A stretch of 64,000 nucleotides of DNA from contig NC_043005.1 in the NCBI RefSeq assembly GCF_006345805.1, positions 91,760,001 to 91,824,000 of the forward strand, written 5' to 3'. Below, piece by piece: positions 39,232 to 54,696 of the stretch. The notes below the pieces were generated by a model. That model was not told where the DNA came from. It ran no database searches and worked only from the letters and a program-made list of their open reading frames with translations. A program made the translations under genes and the position numbers. This stretch comes from Octopus sinensis (Eukaryota). Within the stretch, counting starts at the first letter, position 1. Each line of letters begins with the position of its first letter.

Positions 39232-40822
39232 GTAAGTAAAATTTCTTCAAATTCTAAAATTATTTTGGAAGAAAACTGAACATTCTATCAGAGTTTTGGG
39301 AAAGTTTGATATAAAATAATTTGATTATTCAAAAATTGTCTAAATTTCTTTCATTATTCCTTTATTTTCTTTTTTCTTCATTTTTATTTTATATAGATGA
39401 AGAATCTAATTTTGTGTAATTGATCCTTAGTCTCATAGAATATTCTGAAAAGCAAAAAATAAAGCATGATTATATGTTACCCATCCATAATAGATTGTAA
39501 CTGTCCTTTTAAATAGATATCTTCACAAGAAGTCACTATTAGTAAATATCTGCAAAGACTGATACAAATGTATCCATCCAGCACAATTTCGGTATCAACT
39601 TTATCCTACAACAAATGCCAGTCTGTAATGTCAAAAAAAAAAACAAAATAAGTATGGTCATTGTTTCTTTGTTAGTAAGATTTGGTAAGCATTATTTGCA
39701 GCTAAATTTAGCTGATCATGCCAAGCACAATATTACTGTATGTATTATAGTAGCACTGGAATTTAGCTTCTTATAATGCAACAGTGAAGTGCATGCAGGC
39801 AAATCACTATTGGCCAAATGCTGTATAACTATGTTGTTTTATGTGCTGGCAGAAAGAGGCTATAATCTAATTGTGCTGGCGATGGAAGCTGTGGTTTTTT
39901 TGTTGTAAGAAATGTAACATATTTATTACTTTCCAGTAGGTTCTTGCTTATGGTAGATTTATTGTGTCCAGTCTTTTATGGCTAGCTTGATAGTCACAAG
40001 CATTCTATTGGAGCATCATTGAAGTGATATAAAGACTCTCTGAAGTGAAATCTGAAGATGTGTCAAATGAGTGAAGCTATGATTTCCTTCACAGATTCAG
40101 TGGCTGATTGTAGTGTCTGTAGAGCTCTCTGTATTAAGGGCACCGAACTTTTCAAGCAGATTTGTATTAAAGCCTTTGAAGAGAGGAGGAGGAGGAGGAA
40201 GAATGCATAAACTAATCCAAATTGATTACATTGCTTTATAACTTTTTAATTAAATCATTTAAAAAATTTTATTCTTATTTTTATTAAAGAAAAAGTTGTT
40301 TTCTTTAATAAAAATATCTGTAGTTTTAACAACCCTAATTGCTGTTCATATAGACAGATATAAAGAGATATTTCAGATAAAACCGTCATAAAGTTCTGAT
40401 TATGTGGAGATGTTATAGAGTTGTTATATTTTGTCATAGCTGGCTTAGAAATAATGAATGTGTTAGAAACACTTACATTGCTAGGGTGTTTCTAACACCC
40501 TAGTCACATTTAGTGACAGTTATATATATATATATATATACATGTATGTTGGAGAGTGCAAAGTAAGAGTGTTATAGCTATTGCAGAGTAGTGCACAGAT
40601 GGATGAGGACTCAAACCCTCCAACCCTTACCTCCAGGGTTAGTACCTATAGCCTTGAAAGTTACTGATAAGAATGATTCTTGTTTAGCTGCTATGATGGT
40701 AGAAATGCAGATAAACACAAGTAGGTTTAATTCATATGCTTACATGGAATACAAAATACATTGTACAGATTAAAGTAACCAAAAGAAGTCATGCAACAGT
40801 CTTAACTTGGCAGCTGTTTCAG

Positions 40823-40882
40823 GAGTGCCATGGTTTATGCTGCAACCATGTTCATATGTACTAGATGCACATGATGTTGCAG
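40823..40882 (+). CDS. Candidate internal coding exon (60 nt, phase 1-1)
   Basis: TTTCAG| acceptor (weak pyrimidine tract), CAG|GTATGT donor; open as GVPWFMLQPCSYVLDAHDVA, in phase with the QLKWL frame of 39107-39231. Confidence 0.4.
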
Positions 40883-41012
40883 GTATGTAATATAATAAGT
40901 TCAAATGGATTTGTTAAGCTAAGGTAGATCACCCTCAATGAAAGAAGAATGTCCCAGTTTCAAGGCAGTGCCCCAGCATGGCCACAGTCCAATGACTGAA
41001 ACATGTAAAAGA

Positions 41013-42464
41013 TATACAAAGAGAGCAAACGGTATCTAAAGCCATGTTTGGTAATTTAATAAAACATCTCTAATCTTGTAAAACTGAAATGTATTTTAAT
41101 AAAAATATATCTGCACAAGTTCTAGATGAGCTTCCTTACAAGACTATTCACCTTCACCTCTGATGGCTGCTCCATTTTGGGACTGGAATCATTAACATGC
41201 ATGGTCTTTGTTCATTTCTGATGTCACCTGGACTATGGTAGCCATCAATGAAGCTATGATATTGTACAGATATCAGTTAGTCTCCCTTTCAACAACATTC
41301 CAAACATAGTATCCCATAGGATTAAAATCTGAATAGTTTGGAGACCACAAGTCTGGAGGTACATGTTGGTAAAGATTGTGTATCATACAGTCTTGGATTA
41401 CATGGGCTTAGTCTTGGTGAAACATTTATGGGTTCTAGTGCATACTTCACCCATCCAGGGCTTAACGAATGTCTCCAACACCTCAATGTATTCAGCAAGT
41501 TTAATTCTAAGACCTTGAAGCATGTGAGGTGGTGTTGCGTGACCTTTGTTACTCACCACTCTTAGTCCTTTCACTACCAACCCAGCTGAAACCAGCTCTG
41601 GCTCTGAGTACAAATGTCTTGTTTTTGTAAGTTTTGAATTAAAATTTTCCACCAAACCTTAGTCACAATTTATGTTCCTAACACTAGCTTAATGATAATA
41701 AAGTTATTTTACTAAATTCTTTATTACATTTAAAGTAATTAAAAGAAACACAGAGCATCTCAAAATAAATACACTAAAGAAAGGGTTAAAACCATCACAG
41801 TTGTTGGAAACTTAGTGTGTATCAGTTTGGAGACATCAGAAGGATCTGTACATAACTATCTGTCATTTCTCCCTTTGTTCAAGAATTTCTCATCAGAGAA
41901 GAACCAAAGCAAACCATATTAGTAAGGTTTTTTAACCTTGTTAAGTAATTGCTTGGCACAGAGCAAAAGGCTTTTCTGTGTCTTTGTAGATGTTTATAGG
42001 CCTCTTCTCAGAGCATACAACTTTTATTGAATGTGCTTGTGCATCACAGTTCTGATAGTTCACTCCCACATCTGAAGTTCTTTGGGTGATGGCCCTCATT
42101 GATTTTATGGGATCATAACTGGTAATGTTTTTAACCTGTTGGATGAAGTGTAGAGCCATTATAGTGTCTCAATATTTAGAATGATTTTTTTTAAAGCTTT
42201 GATACAGTTGAAACAATCTCACCAAATGTTTCTAATCTCATCTAAAATTTGTGAACAAAAAAATCCTGCAAAGGATTTTAGAAAGTTGGCAATTTCTAAA
42301 TCACTGTATTCTGCAGACATGGTGACAATGATGGCATGTCTTTTCATTTCTGTTGATAGTATTTTACCTACCATAAAAGATCTGAAACAACAAAAAATTG
42401 TTTTAATTGATTTGAAGAGAGAAATAAACTGATAATTGTCATCAAATAATCCTTGCACACTGTA
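41013..42464 (-). mobile_element. Decayed Tc1/mariner (maT/rosa-like) transposon
   Basis: Remnants MKRHAIIV...DLEIANFLK, FIQQVKNI...DPIKSMRAI, GHATPPH...GLRI...YIEVLETFVKPW; TA-CAGTGTG start at 42464; left boundary approximate. Confidence 0.75.
41566..41785. mobile_element. piggyBac-type MITE (220 bp) inserted in the Tc1/mariner
   Basis: Homologous to 49201-49420; AAAGGG|TTAA right end, left end decayed. Confidence 0.75.
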
Positions 42465-43879
42465 TATACATGCATGGATCTATCTAACTACTTATCTGTC
42501 TGACTGTCTATCAGTATATATACATGTGTGTATATTTATGTATGTGTGTGTATATATGTATATATATGTGTGTGTGTACATGTATATATATATATATGTT
42601 TATATGTATATATATATATGTATGTGTATATATATGTGTATGTATATATGTATATGTGCATATGTTTATACATGTATGTGTGTATATATGCATATCAATT
42701 ATTAGTTATGCAAATTAACAAGACGTCCATGTTCAGTTGGATATATATATATACATGCACTCACACACCCACATGTGTGTACGCATCATAATCACCCACT
42801 TTTAACATCCACTTTTCCAAGCTTTCACGAGTCAGGCAGAATTTGTTGAGGCAGATTTTATCCAGCCTGATATCCTACCTATCATCAACCCTCAGTTATT
42901 TCCAAGGAAGCTGATATTTCCCCATCACCAGACATCTTATCATTGGAAACAAAAGACACTGCCTAAAGGACAGTGGCTCTCGTTTACAAACTCCATGTGA
43001 TATAAAGGCAAGAAAACTCTAACACACACCTGGGCAACCTTGGTTTTTTTTTTATCAAAGGAGTCTTTAACTTGATATTTGCACACTATAGTTCATAGTT
43101 TTACTTTCTTAAAATTTCACCATTCCAAAAAGCAATTGTTTCCCATTCTTTTCAAGTGTATAAATTCTTATATCAATAATATATATATATGTGTGTGTGT
43201 GTGTTTGTGTGTGCACATGGCTTAGTGTTGCATTCACAATCACTAGATCATGGTTTCAATTCCTAGATTGGGCGGTACTTTGTGTTCTTTAGAAAAATCC
43301 TTCATTTCACATTGCTCCGTGATCACTTTGACAGCCAACATGCAACATACCATGCACCTGTTCAGGTAATGTCAATTTGATGACAGGAGTGACCTAATGT
43401 GTAGCACAAACATTTGATTTGTTATAAACAAGTCATTTGTACAGGTTGCTCAGCAAAAGCTGAACAGTCAAATGTCTTCTTTGACTGGTGAGACCGTCGT
43501 ATATTTGTGTGTCTGTGTGTATGACGGCCTCTTTTCAGTTTTCATCTACTGAATCCACTCATCGGGTTTTGGTGAGCTCAGGGCTATAGCAGAAGAGATT
43601 TGACCAATGTGCTACATAGTGTAACTGAACTTGAAACCATGTGGCTGGGATGCAAGCTTCTCAATCATAGTCATGAGTCTGTGCCATATATACATGGATG
43701 TATGCACAGATGGATGTATGTTTGCATACATCCATGTATGCACATATGTATGTATATATACATGTATGTGTATGTATGCAATACACACACACACATTCAT
43801 ACACAAACAGGCACACTCATTTACATATAGACGTGTGTGTGTGTATATATATCCACACATACACACACATCTGTATGTA

Positions 43880-44925
<1,046 letters not shown>

Positions 44926-45096
44926 ATTGCATACAAGAGTGAGCTAATGTGTGACATGAACATTTGATCATTATATTCATGCATACATATGCACACATAT
45001 ATATTATCGTTAGTATTTAATGTCTGTTTTCCAAGCTGGCATGGGTTGGAGCTGGCATATATATATATATCTGTATATATGCACACACGCATGCAT

Positions 45097-45140
<44 letters not shown>

Positions 45141-45575
45141 CGTATATGTTTCTGTCTGTGCATCAGAGTAAGATTGATTTTCTTCCGTATAATGCCCCAC
45201 CTTTTTTGTATTTTGTTTTGTTTTTTTTTTGTTTGCTTGTTTTTACCCCGCTTCACTGATTCTTGTCCACTCTAGCCCCCCCCCCAAACACTCACGTGCT
45301 TTCCCAGTGCTGTTGTTGCTGTCATCATCGTCAACGATACTGCAACAACTGCTGCTGCGTGTGCTGTCGCTGCCATCACCAGCAGAGCACTACTGCTGCT
45401 ACTACTGCCGCTGCTGCTGCTGATGTTGTTGTTGTTGTTGTTTATTTTTCCTGAAGAAGAGCGACACTGTTGTTCGCTGATGCTGCAGCTGATGCTATCG
45501 TTGTGCCAAGAACAAATGTATTCCATCACATGCAAGTAAATTTGCCTCTCACTGCATGCATATACATATACATAC

Positions 45576-45609
<34 letters not shown>

Positions 45610-47034
45610 ATGTATGTTTGTGTGTGTCTAGTGAGTGATGATAGACAAGATCTTTAACCATCTCTACTGACACCACCTGACTGAATCGGAGCATAACTTC
45701 TAGCATGTAGCAATCACTGTCACCATATAAGCTAATTGTGTTTTCAAGGATATTTCTAGCATTACGAGAGGAAAATATGGTGGTGAACTACCTGAACTTC
45801 TGTTAGAAAAGGTCAAACTCAACATTGGCTTTGTTGCCCTGTTCTTTTTGTCTTTCTCTTTCATCCCTCCCTGCTATTTTTTAAATATTTTTTCTTCTCC
45901 GTTGCACTGTTGTGATGCAGTCAGTATTCTGCTTCAACAGGCTCCCTTGCGGTTTCACCTCTTATAGAAGATTTTTGCCAGTACTCACTTGGCAAGGACC
46001 CTACTATTCTCCGTGGAAATTTTGTTGACAGAAGCTTTCATTGTCACTTACCCTACTGAACGTTTGAAGTGGGCGTGTGTATGTGTCAAGGATGTTGTCG
46101 GTCTATCAACCATTGATAATATGTCATTATCCATATGAGCCCTGCCTTCGCCGCCAACACCTTGTCCTTGTCTGCCACCAGTTTCACTACCACAGCTACT
46201 TGTAAAACCATTTTGCTGCTGGTTTATTTTCTTGTGTCACCATCAGTACATCCTATAGTTCCACTGGTACTCTCGCCATGCTCGAACGTTTTAGGATGTT
46301 GATAGTGGAAGCAGGTAGGCCTTCTTTGAACCTTTATTCTATATTCTTCATTGTTAATTTGCTTTTTAAGGTGTTGTCTTCTTTTTGATTTGTTTTGTTA
46401 ATGTTTTATCTTTATACAGAAGGTTTTTGTGTAAACATACAGTTTGATTTAACCATGTATACATAAATAAGCTACTATATATGCATGTATGTACATAAAT
46501 ATATACACAGGTAACACATATACACACACCTCCATAAGTGTGATTATACTAATATACCTATTTCTGTTTGATGTGTGTGTATGTGTTTTCTTACACATAA
46601 GCAGTTATATGGATATTGTATGTAGATACAGAATGGTGCTAATTATGATCAATGCAATCATTATTCCTTTAAGGGTAGGACTACTAACGAAGCACCTTTA
46701 TGTGAGCAGCAAATGGGTAAATACGTAAAAAAAAAATGACAGTTCTCTTTTTTTTTTTAAACATTTATTTAGTTTTAGGTAGCTAAAAATTATTTCATCT
46801 GTCTTTTAATACAAGTAATCAGTTGGATGCAGTGGTTCGTTTAAAAAGTATTAATTGTTGATTCAATTATTTTACGACTTTTCTTTTATTTTTATTTTAT
46901 TTGTTGTAAATAATGTCTTATTTTTGATTAAAATCTGTTACAAATAAGTTATTGCTGTGATTAGGAAGAGGGATTTCAGTGTTGAGGTAGGGTTGAACAG
47001 GTAAATCAGCTTTACAACTCACTGACACACAATG

Positions 47035-47072
<38 letters not shown>

Positions 47073-47637
47073 CACACACACACACACACTCTGGCACAAC
47101 GTAGTCTGTCTGTCATTGTCTTAGTGAAGTACACTGTTGTATTTCCATAGATTATCAATCATTTTTGGCCTGGAATCACATGTCAAAATCTCCATCTATT
47201 TAGGAGATATTCTCATTGCATTTAATGTGAACTTGAAACAAATGATAGAGTTACACTGGTGGTGTGTATGTTTTCCCTATCAGTCACTCTGTCTTCACAT
47301 CGTATACTTGTATAACGAGTATCCTCATTGTATGACTATGAAAATATCAAAAGTATATCTATCTGTCTATCTTTGGATGCATTGTCAGCTGTCTTTAAAA
47401 CATTCCTCCCTTCTTTTACTATGGTGACATTTTCACATCGTTGAGTTGAATGACAATCATAATGTTCATAATAATGATCATAATAATAACATTTACTTAT
47501 ATAAGCAGAAGGCCAAAAATGGGTGCAGGGAACAGTCACTTATATCAGCTTGACTGACACTTACTTTATTGACCCCCAGAAGGAAGAAGCTGTTGATAAG
47601 GATTATTTCAGTTAGCACAAACCCACACATTTGTGAA

Positions 47638-47693
<56 letters not shown>

Positions 47694-47996
47694 GTGGGGA
47701 AGAAAGAAGTGAGAGCTAGCTATATGCTATAGAACCAACCCTAGCATATTACTGGTATTTCTTTTATTGATTCTGGGAGAATGAAAGGTAATGTCAATCC
47801 TGACAGAATTTTACTTCAGAATGTAAAGAAACTAAGTAGTGCAAGGTAATTAGCCGAATGCTTTTGACGATGATGATAATTTTTAAATTTTCATACATAA
47901 CTATGAAATTACCACAACACATTCTTGGTATTCACTGTATCAAGCCTGAGGAATGATAGACAAAATCATCACTCGAGGTTGATACTTAAATGAATT

Positions 47997-48075
<79 letters not shown>

Positions 48076-48120
48076 TATTATTATTATTATTATTATTATT
48101 CACATGTATGTAAGAAGAGA

Positions 48121-48415
48121 GGGTGAGAGCTGTCATTATTCCTGAAGCGCACTGACACAAAGCAATGTCACAATAACTTGCCAGACCAATTCATTTGGCA
48201 CAGTCATTATGTAGAAGCAGCTTCACTTGTTGCTCCAATGCTCTTTGCTTTCATAGTGTTGATAAAAAAAAGGCTTTCATCAATTCATCAGCATTGCTAG
48301 TTGTTATTCTGTTACCCATCACTTCAAAGAGATGTGTCTAACGGGGTCATGTACTTGTTCCTCTTGCCATCCTCACTCCTCATTGCAGCTCACTTGATGG
48401 GTGGATCACCCCCCC
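48121..48415 (-). pseudogene. Ancient RTE-type RT fragment
   Basis: Frameshifted remnants resembling (ESQC)GFR..RGT.DM.F..RQL.EK..EQN...DLMKAF. Confidence 0.45.
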
Positions 48416-49200
48416 CTCACATGTTATTGTCAGTAAATGTATCTGTGACTGTGGCCTCCCAGATCAGTTAGTGACCTGAAGTGTATGGAAAACAGGTGCA
48501 ATGGTTGGATAAAACTGGACAGTTTCCAGCACCACTTCCAAATATCTGACCTTCTACCCATGCAACAAATTAAGATATTTTGCATGTCACCCTGCTACTC
48601 TTTAATGAAAATTTGGATTTTTCTGAGCATGGCTGGCCATAGGATCACAGATTGTGAGACGGTGTGTGTAGCAGTCATTTGAACTGGTATCAGTATCTGG
48701 CTAGTATTTAATTTTTAACATTAAAACATTGACAGGCCAGCTTGACCTAAGCAGGACCTGAACTTAGAATTTTTAAGGAGTGTAACTAGAAACAAGTAAT
48801 TTTGTTTGGTATTCTATTAATTTTGGCAAATTTTTTTGCATTGGTATTAGACCATAGCTTTTTCAGGAGGAGAGGTAAAGTTCATTAAATCAACCCCACA
48901 ATTTTATTGGTATTTTATTGACTGTAAAGAAGTTCGAACTTGGGATATTATGTGTTATGAGAATATCACAAATGAATTTATCTGGCATGCCTACCATTTC
49001 TACCAACGATCTTTTACTTTTGACATTGTACCACTCATAAAGAAAGAAGGTACAAACTAAAATCAATCTCTCTAGTACTTGAACTGTACTGTGCTTTCCT
49101 CTTACTCTCGAAGGATAGAAAGTAAAGTGAGCAGAATTTGAACTGTTGACCTAAAGGGGAATAACTACATTTTACAAGGTGCTTACCTCAATGATATTAA

Positions 49201-49420
49201 CCCTTTCATTACCAACCCGGCTGAAACCAGCTCTGGCTCTGAGTACAAATGTCTTGTTTCCGTAAGTTCTGAATTAAAATCTTCCTCCAAACCTTAGTCA
49301 CAATTTATGTTCCTAACACTAGCTTAATGATAACAAAGTTATTTTACTAAATTCTTTGTTATATTTGAAGTAATTGAAAGAAACATAGAGCATCTCAAAA
49401 TAAATACAATAACGAAAGGG
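49201..49420. mobile_element. piggyBac-type MITE (220 bp)
   Basis: TTAA|CCCTTTCATTA...TAACGAAAGGG|TTAA: TTAA TSD and CCCTTT TIRs. Confidence 0.85.
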
Positions 49421-50182
49421 TTAAAGAGAAGATTTCTAACATAGGCATAAGGTTGCAAATTCTGGAGGAAAGTAGAGTCTACTGTATTAAGTTCAGTGCT
49501 ACACTGGTTCTTTATTTTGTCAACTCTGAAAGAATGAGAGTCAAAATTTATCATTGTAGTGTTTGAGGGATGTAATTAATTTCTGCAAGCTATTTCATTT
49601 ATTACCTTAAGGATTTTGCCAACCACTTTATCCTTAGTAATAATAATGATGATGATGATGATGGTAATCCTTTCTACTATAGGTACAAGGACTAAAATTT
49701 TGGAGGAGGGAGTAAGTTGATTACATTGACTTCAGTGCTCAACTAGTACCTATTTTATCGACCAAGAAAGGATGAAAGGCTAAGTTGACCTCGGCAGAAT
49801 TTGAACTCAGAACGTAAAGACCCACAAAATGCCACTAAGCATTTTACCTGCCTTGTTAATGTAGATGCCAGCTTGCTACTTAATAATAATGATAATAATA
49901 ATAATAATGATAATAATAATAATAATAATGGTTTCAAATTTTGGTACAAGACCAGCAATTTCAGGTGGAGAGAGTAATTTGATTACATCGACTCCAGTAC
50001 ACAACTGGTATTTATTTTATCAACTTTGAAAGGATGAAAGGCAAAGTCAACCTCAGCAGAATTTGAACTCAGAATGTAAAGGCAAAAGAAAAATGCCACT
50101 AAGCATTTTGCCTAGTATGCTAATGATTTTCCCAGCTTGCTGCCTTAGTAATAATAATGATAATAATAATAATAATAATAAT

Positions 50183-50760
50183 AATTATAATAATCTGCCC
50201 TGATGCAGTACCAGGCAGTGTCTCTCATGGCTTCTGATCTTAACTGATTGGAAGTGTTATCATGTACATTGTTTTCTCTCGAAAAGATGGGCCACAGCAA
50301 ATATTCTGCTCAATGCCACAGATTTGCTTGTCAGTTGTTTGACCTTAACCAGTTGACCATGTCCCTTAGTGGCTGATGATATGTGCATCTCTGATCACGA
50401 GCAGAAGTAGTGAGGAAGCATAATAACCACGTGTTGAGAGGAATTCTTTGGGGTTTGAAAAATTCACCTCTGGAAATATAGGTGTTTCGTTCAGCATCCT
50501 TAAAAAAACCTTATTCAGGGACCTTTTGAGCGGGATGGGCTACTCAAACTGAAAAAATTCTAACTGAGCCCCACCTGCAAGGCCATGCACTGTATATCTT
50601 GATATGAGATTACCATGTCAGGCACATATGGTTGTGATGCATGTGTCTAGTGTACTCTTATCAGATGGGTAGTCATAATGGGTATACTGGGCTTCGTATA
50701 TTTTACCCCAGTATCACTTTGACGGCATGCACTGCTCTCCCACTCAATAATAATAATAAT
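50183..50760 (+). mobile_element. Probable retroposon 3' region ending in (AAT)n
   Basis: High-complexity block ending ...GCATGCACTGCTCTCCCACTC(AAT)n; no ORF; family not established. Confidence 0.35.
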
Positions 50761-51687
50761 AAAAATGGTTTCTTTTAATTGCCACAAGGGCATTTGATGA
50801 AGGGGACATTAGAAGGACAGGTTACAACTCTTGGTGGGGTTTCCATAAAAATGGTGGAAAAAAAAAATAATGATGATTTCTGATTTAGGCACAAAACCAG
50901 CCACTTTGAGGGGAAGGGTTGACAATGGTGGTTGGTAGTTGCTCTATTTTATCTCCCTTGAAAAGATAAAAGACGAAGTTGACCTCACTAGGATTTGAAC
51001 TCAGAATATAAAGAGCTGGAACAAATACTGCACACACTAATTATTCTCACAATCCGCCACTTTCAATAATAATTACTGCTATTACGACTATTATGATTAT
51101 GATTATTATTTCTAATTTTGGTATAAAACCAGCAGTTTTGAGGGGAAACTGCAAGTTGGTTACATTGACCCCAGTGCTCAGCTGGTCCTTATTTTATTGA
51201 CCCCTAAAATGATAACAGGCAAAGTTGATCTTGGCAACATTTGAACTCAGAACGTACAGAGTTGGAAGAAAGGCCACTATGTATTTGACCCCACCCCCAA
51301 TGCACTAACAATTTTGTCATTTTGTCAGCAATCTACTTTAAACTTGATTAAAAACATTGCAGTTAAAGAAGTAGTAAGGTTCTCAAAATCTGCCAAATTA
51401 GAAAGGGAAAAAGCCATTGTCCCTCTTGGAAATGGTTTGGCAACAAGAAAGACATGCCAGAACTTTAGAAATCTCCTCACCCACCACCAGAACAGCTCAT
51501 GCTTTTAGGAAGGCTTTTTCTGACTAGATTTTTCTGTAAAGGTTTGCAAGTTTTAAGGGGGTGGGGGCAGAAAAAACATAACCAGTAGCTTATATTCATA
51601 CTGTGCAATGAAATAATGATGATGATGATGATTGTTTCTAATTTTGGCATGAGGTCAGCAGTTTTAAAGGAGGGTATAAGTCAATTA

Positions 51688-51920
51688 TTATCTCTTTACT
51701 ACCCACAAGGGGCTAAACATAGAGGGGACAAACAAGGGCAGACAAACGGATTAAGTCGATTACATCGACCCCAGTGCATAACTGGTACTTAATTTATCGA
51801 CCCCAAAAGGATAAAAGGCAAAGTCGACCTCGGCGGAATTTGAACTCAGAACGTAACGGCAGACAAAATACGGCTATGCATTTCGCCTGGCGTGCCAATG
51901 ATTCTGCCAGCTTGCTGGCT
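51688..51920 (-). mobile_element. Young tRNA-SINE copy with a 13-bp TSD
   Basis: TATAAGTCAATTA at 51675-51687 and 51921-51933; highly similar to 54467-54696. Confidence 0.85.
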
Positions 51921-52475
51921 TATAAGTCAATTACATCAACCCCAGTGCATAATTGATACTTATTTTACTTACCCAGAAAGATTGAAAGGCAAAGTCAACC
52001 TGAGCAGGGTTTGAACTCAGAATGTAAAAAGACGAAAATATGTTGCTAAGCATTTTCTGTGATATGCTAACAATTCTTCCGGATTGTCATTATTAAGATG
52101 ATGATGATTCTTCCTGCTATAGGCACAAGGGCTGAAATTTCAGAGTAGGGGCTTGCTGATTATATTGGTCTCCAGTGTTCAAAGGGTACTTATTTTATTG
52201 ACCCCCACCCCCCAAAAAATGAAAGCTGAAATTGATCTCAGTGGGATTTGAACTCAGAATGGAAAGACTTGGAAGAAATACTGCTAAGCATTTTCTCTGA
52301 TGCATTGATAATCCTGCAAGCTCACTGCCTTAATAATGATAATGATAATAATTTGTCATGGGAGTCCATTCATGTATACAGAGACAAGTTAGAAAAATGA
52401 GGTTTACAAAGGCATGTGAAGATGTACATACATAGTTACATAAAAATAAGGGAGTGGAGAAAGATCGTTATACAA

Positions 52476-52995
52476 TCATCATCATCATCATTTAACATCC
52501 ACTTTCCATGCTAGCATGGGTTGGACGATTTTGACTGAGGGCTGGCGAACCAGATGGCTGCACCAGGCTCCAATCTTGATCTGGCAGAGTTTCTACAGCT
52601 GGATGCCCTTCCTAACGCCAACCACTCCAAGAGTGTAGTGGATGCTTTTTACGTACCACCGGCATGGGACCAGTCAGGCGGTACTGGCAACAACCTCGCT
52701 CGAATCTTTTTACACATACCACCGGCACAGGTGCCAGTAAGGCGACGCTGGTAACAATCACGCTCGAATGGTGCCCTTTTTCGTACCACCGACATGGAAG
52801 CCAGTTGGCTGTTCTGGCAACGATCACGCTCGGGTGGTACTCCTGGCACCCTACAAGCACAGTCACAAGTGCCAGTAAGGCGACGCTGGTAACAATCACA
52901 CTCGAATGGTGCCATTTTATGTGCCACTGGCTCGGAAGCTGGTTAGTCGTCGAATTTAATTTTGATTTCACTTGCCTCAACAGGTCTTCGCAAGC
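52476..52995 (-). mobile_element. RTE-A-related 3' UTR fragment
   Basis: (CAT)n tail, GGCGTTAGGAAGGGCATCCAGC motif, subrepeats and GAAGACCTGTTGAGGCAAGTG block. Confidence 0.8.
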
Positions 52996-54420
52996 AGAGT
53001 TTAGTGACAATATAGATGCATATTAAAAATTGGTAACATAAACAACATGGTAGCTTTACGGCAGCAGCAGCAGCATCAGCAGCAGCACTGTCAGCTGTCT
53101 TTAGAAAACCTTGCACACTCGACCATGATGACATCAAAAGTGCAACTCAGTTTGATCCTGTCATGTTGTGATTCTTAGTTTACCATTCAAAGAAAACTGA
53201 AAGACAAGAAGAAAAAAATAAGAGTGAATTTATAAAAGAAAGCTGAATGAAAGAAAAATAACCATATTCCCTCACTCTTTGACTGTCTGTCTGTCTATTT
53301 TTTTACTAGTTTCGGCTATTGGGCTGTGGCCTTGCTGGGGAACTACCTTGAAGGGTTTAGTTGAACAAATGGATCCAAGTATATATTTCTTTTAAGCTTG
53401 ATGTTTAGTTATCAGTCTCTTTAGCTGAACTGCTAAGTTATGGGTATGTAAACAAACCAGCATCACAAGTCAAGCAATGGTTAGACACACACATGAGTTT
53501 CTGTCTACCAGATTCACTCGTAAGGCATTAATCAGCACAAGGGCTACAGTAGTAGTAGAAGGCCTTTGCCCAAGGTGCTCCACAGTGGGACTGAACCTAA
53601 AACCATGTGGCTGCAAAATGAGCTCTTTAATCAAGCAGCCTTTTTCCTTTCTTTCTACCATCTAATACCTACACAATTCAGATGAGCATGCAAGATGATG
53701 ATCTTGCATTTAAACTCTTTATCTCTCACAAAATGAAAAACAAAACAAAATAGCTCTAAAAAAAAATTACATGTACACATATGTAAATACACTTACACAC
53801 GCACACACACACACACAGGCAGATACTAATTAATGAGCTCACACACATTAGCTCCAGCTGGCACCTGCATTCATTTTAGGCGGGACCCTTTCAGTGTATA
53901 TAGTTGTTTAGCTTTACAAACCAGCAGTGAAGAAATCCTTGCAGACTGAATTTCTCTGTCTTTCTGCTTACATACCTCCAACTGCACTGAGTTGCTCACA
54001 CCAGTCTGACATCCACCATTAACACTACCACTCTCATGCAAACAAGGAAGCCTGTACATGGAAGCTTGGACTGTTAGAAATAGCAGCCATATCACATTAT
54101 TATCAGCTTGCATCTTTATGAAGCTTAGCTGACAGTTTGTTTTGTTTCAGCATCACCACAAGAGTAGTTTTTAATTTATGTTTTTGTATCAGCAGTGACA
54201 ATTACTGATTGGACATGTTCTTTTATTGGAATTCCCACTCAACTCAAACCCTTCCTTATACTTTGGATTTCAGGTGCTAAAAGTACTGACCCACCTTCTT
54301 CCCCTTCTCTGTATTGTCACACACACACACATTCAATGGCTAGGTACTCCATTGGCTACAATGATGAGTATTTCAGAACAACTGCAAAATGTATTGAGTG
54401 CCTTTTTCTTTCATTTTATA

Positions 54421-54466
<46 letters not shown>

Positions 54467-54469
<3 letters not shown>

Positions 54470-54696
54470 CTTTACTACCCACAAGGGGCTAAACACAGAG
54501 GGGACAAACAAGGACAGACAAACGGATTAAGTCGATTACATCGACCCCAGTGCGTAAATGGTACTTAATTCATCAACCCCGAAAGGATGAAAGGCAAAGT
54601 CGACCTCGGCGGAATTTGAACTCAGAACGTAACGGCAGACAAAATACCGTAAAGCATTTCACCTGGCATGCTAACGTTTCTGCCAGCTTGCCGCCT
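54467..54696 (-). mobile_element. Young full-length tRNA-SINE copy
   Basis: AGGCGGCAAGCTGGCAGAAACGTTAGC head, GAGTTCAAATTCC B-box, GCCTTTCATCCTTTCGGGG central domain. Confidence 0.85.

Larger units (their letters stand above)
49660..52330 (-). mobile_element. Cluster of seven co-oriented copies of one tRNA-derived SINE family
   Basis: TTTGAACTCAG (B-box reverse complement) at ~49800, 50062, 50994, 51240, 51839, 52010 and 52247; more decayed copies from ~47.5 kb. Confidence 0.85.

Noticed and set aside
45262-45540. Possible exon or ORF (CTG/CAG/TTG-rich)
   Set aside because: Degenerate trinucleotide repeat that is open in several frames on both strands; no recognisable product
53047-53180. 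Poly-Q-like short ORF (MVALRQQQQHQQQH...)
   Set aside because: 44 codons built on a CAG microsatellite, with no splice support
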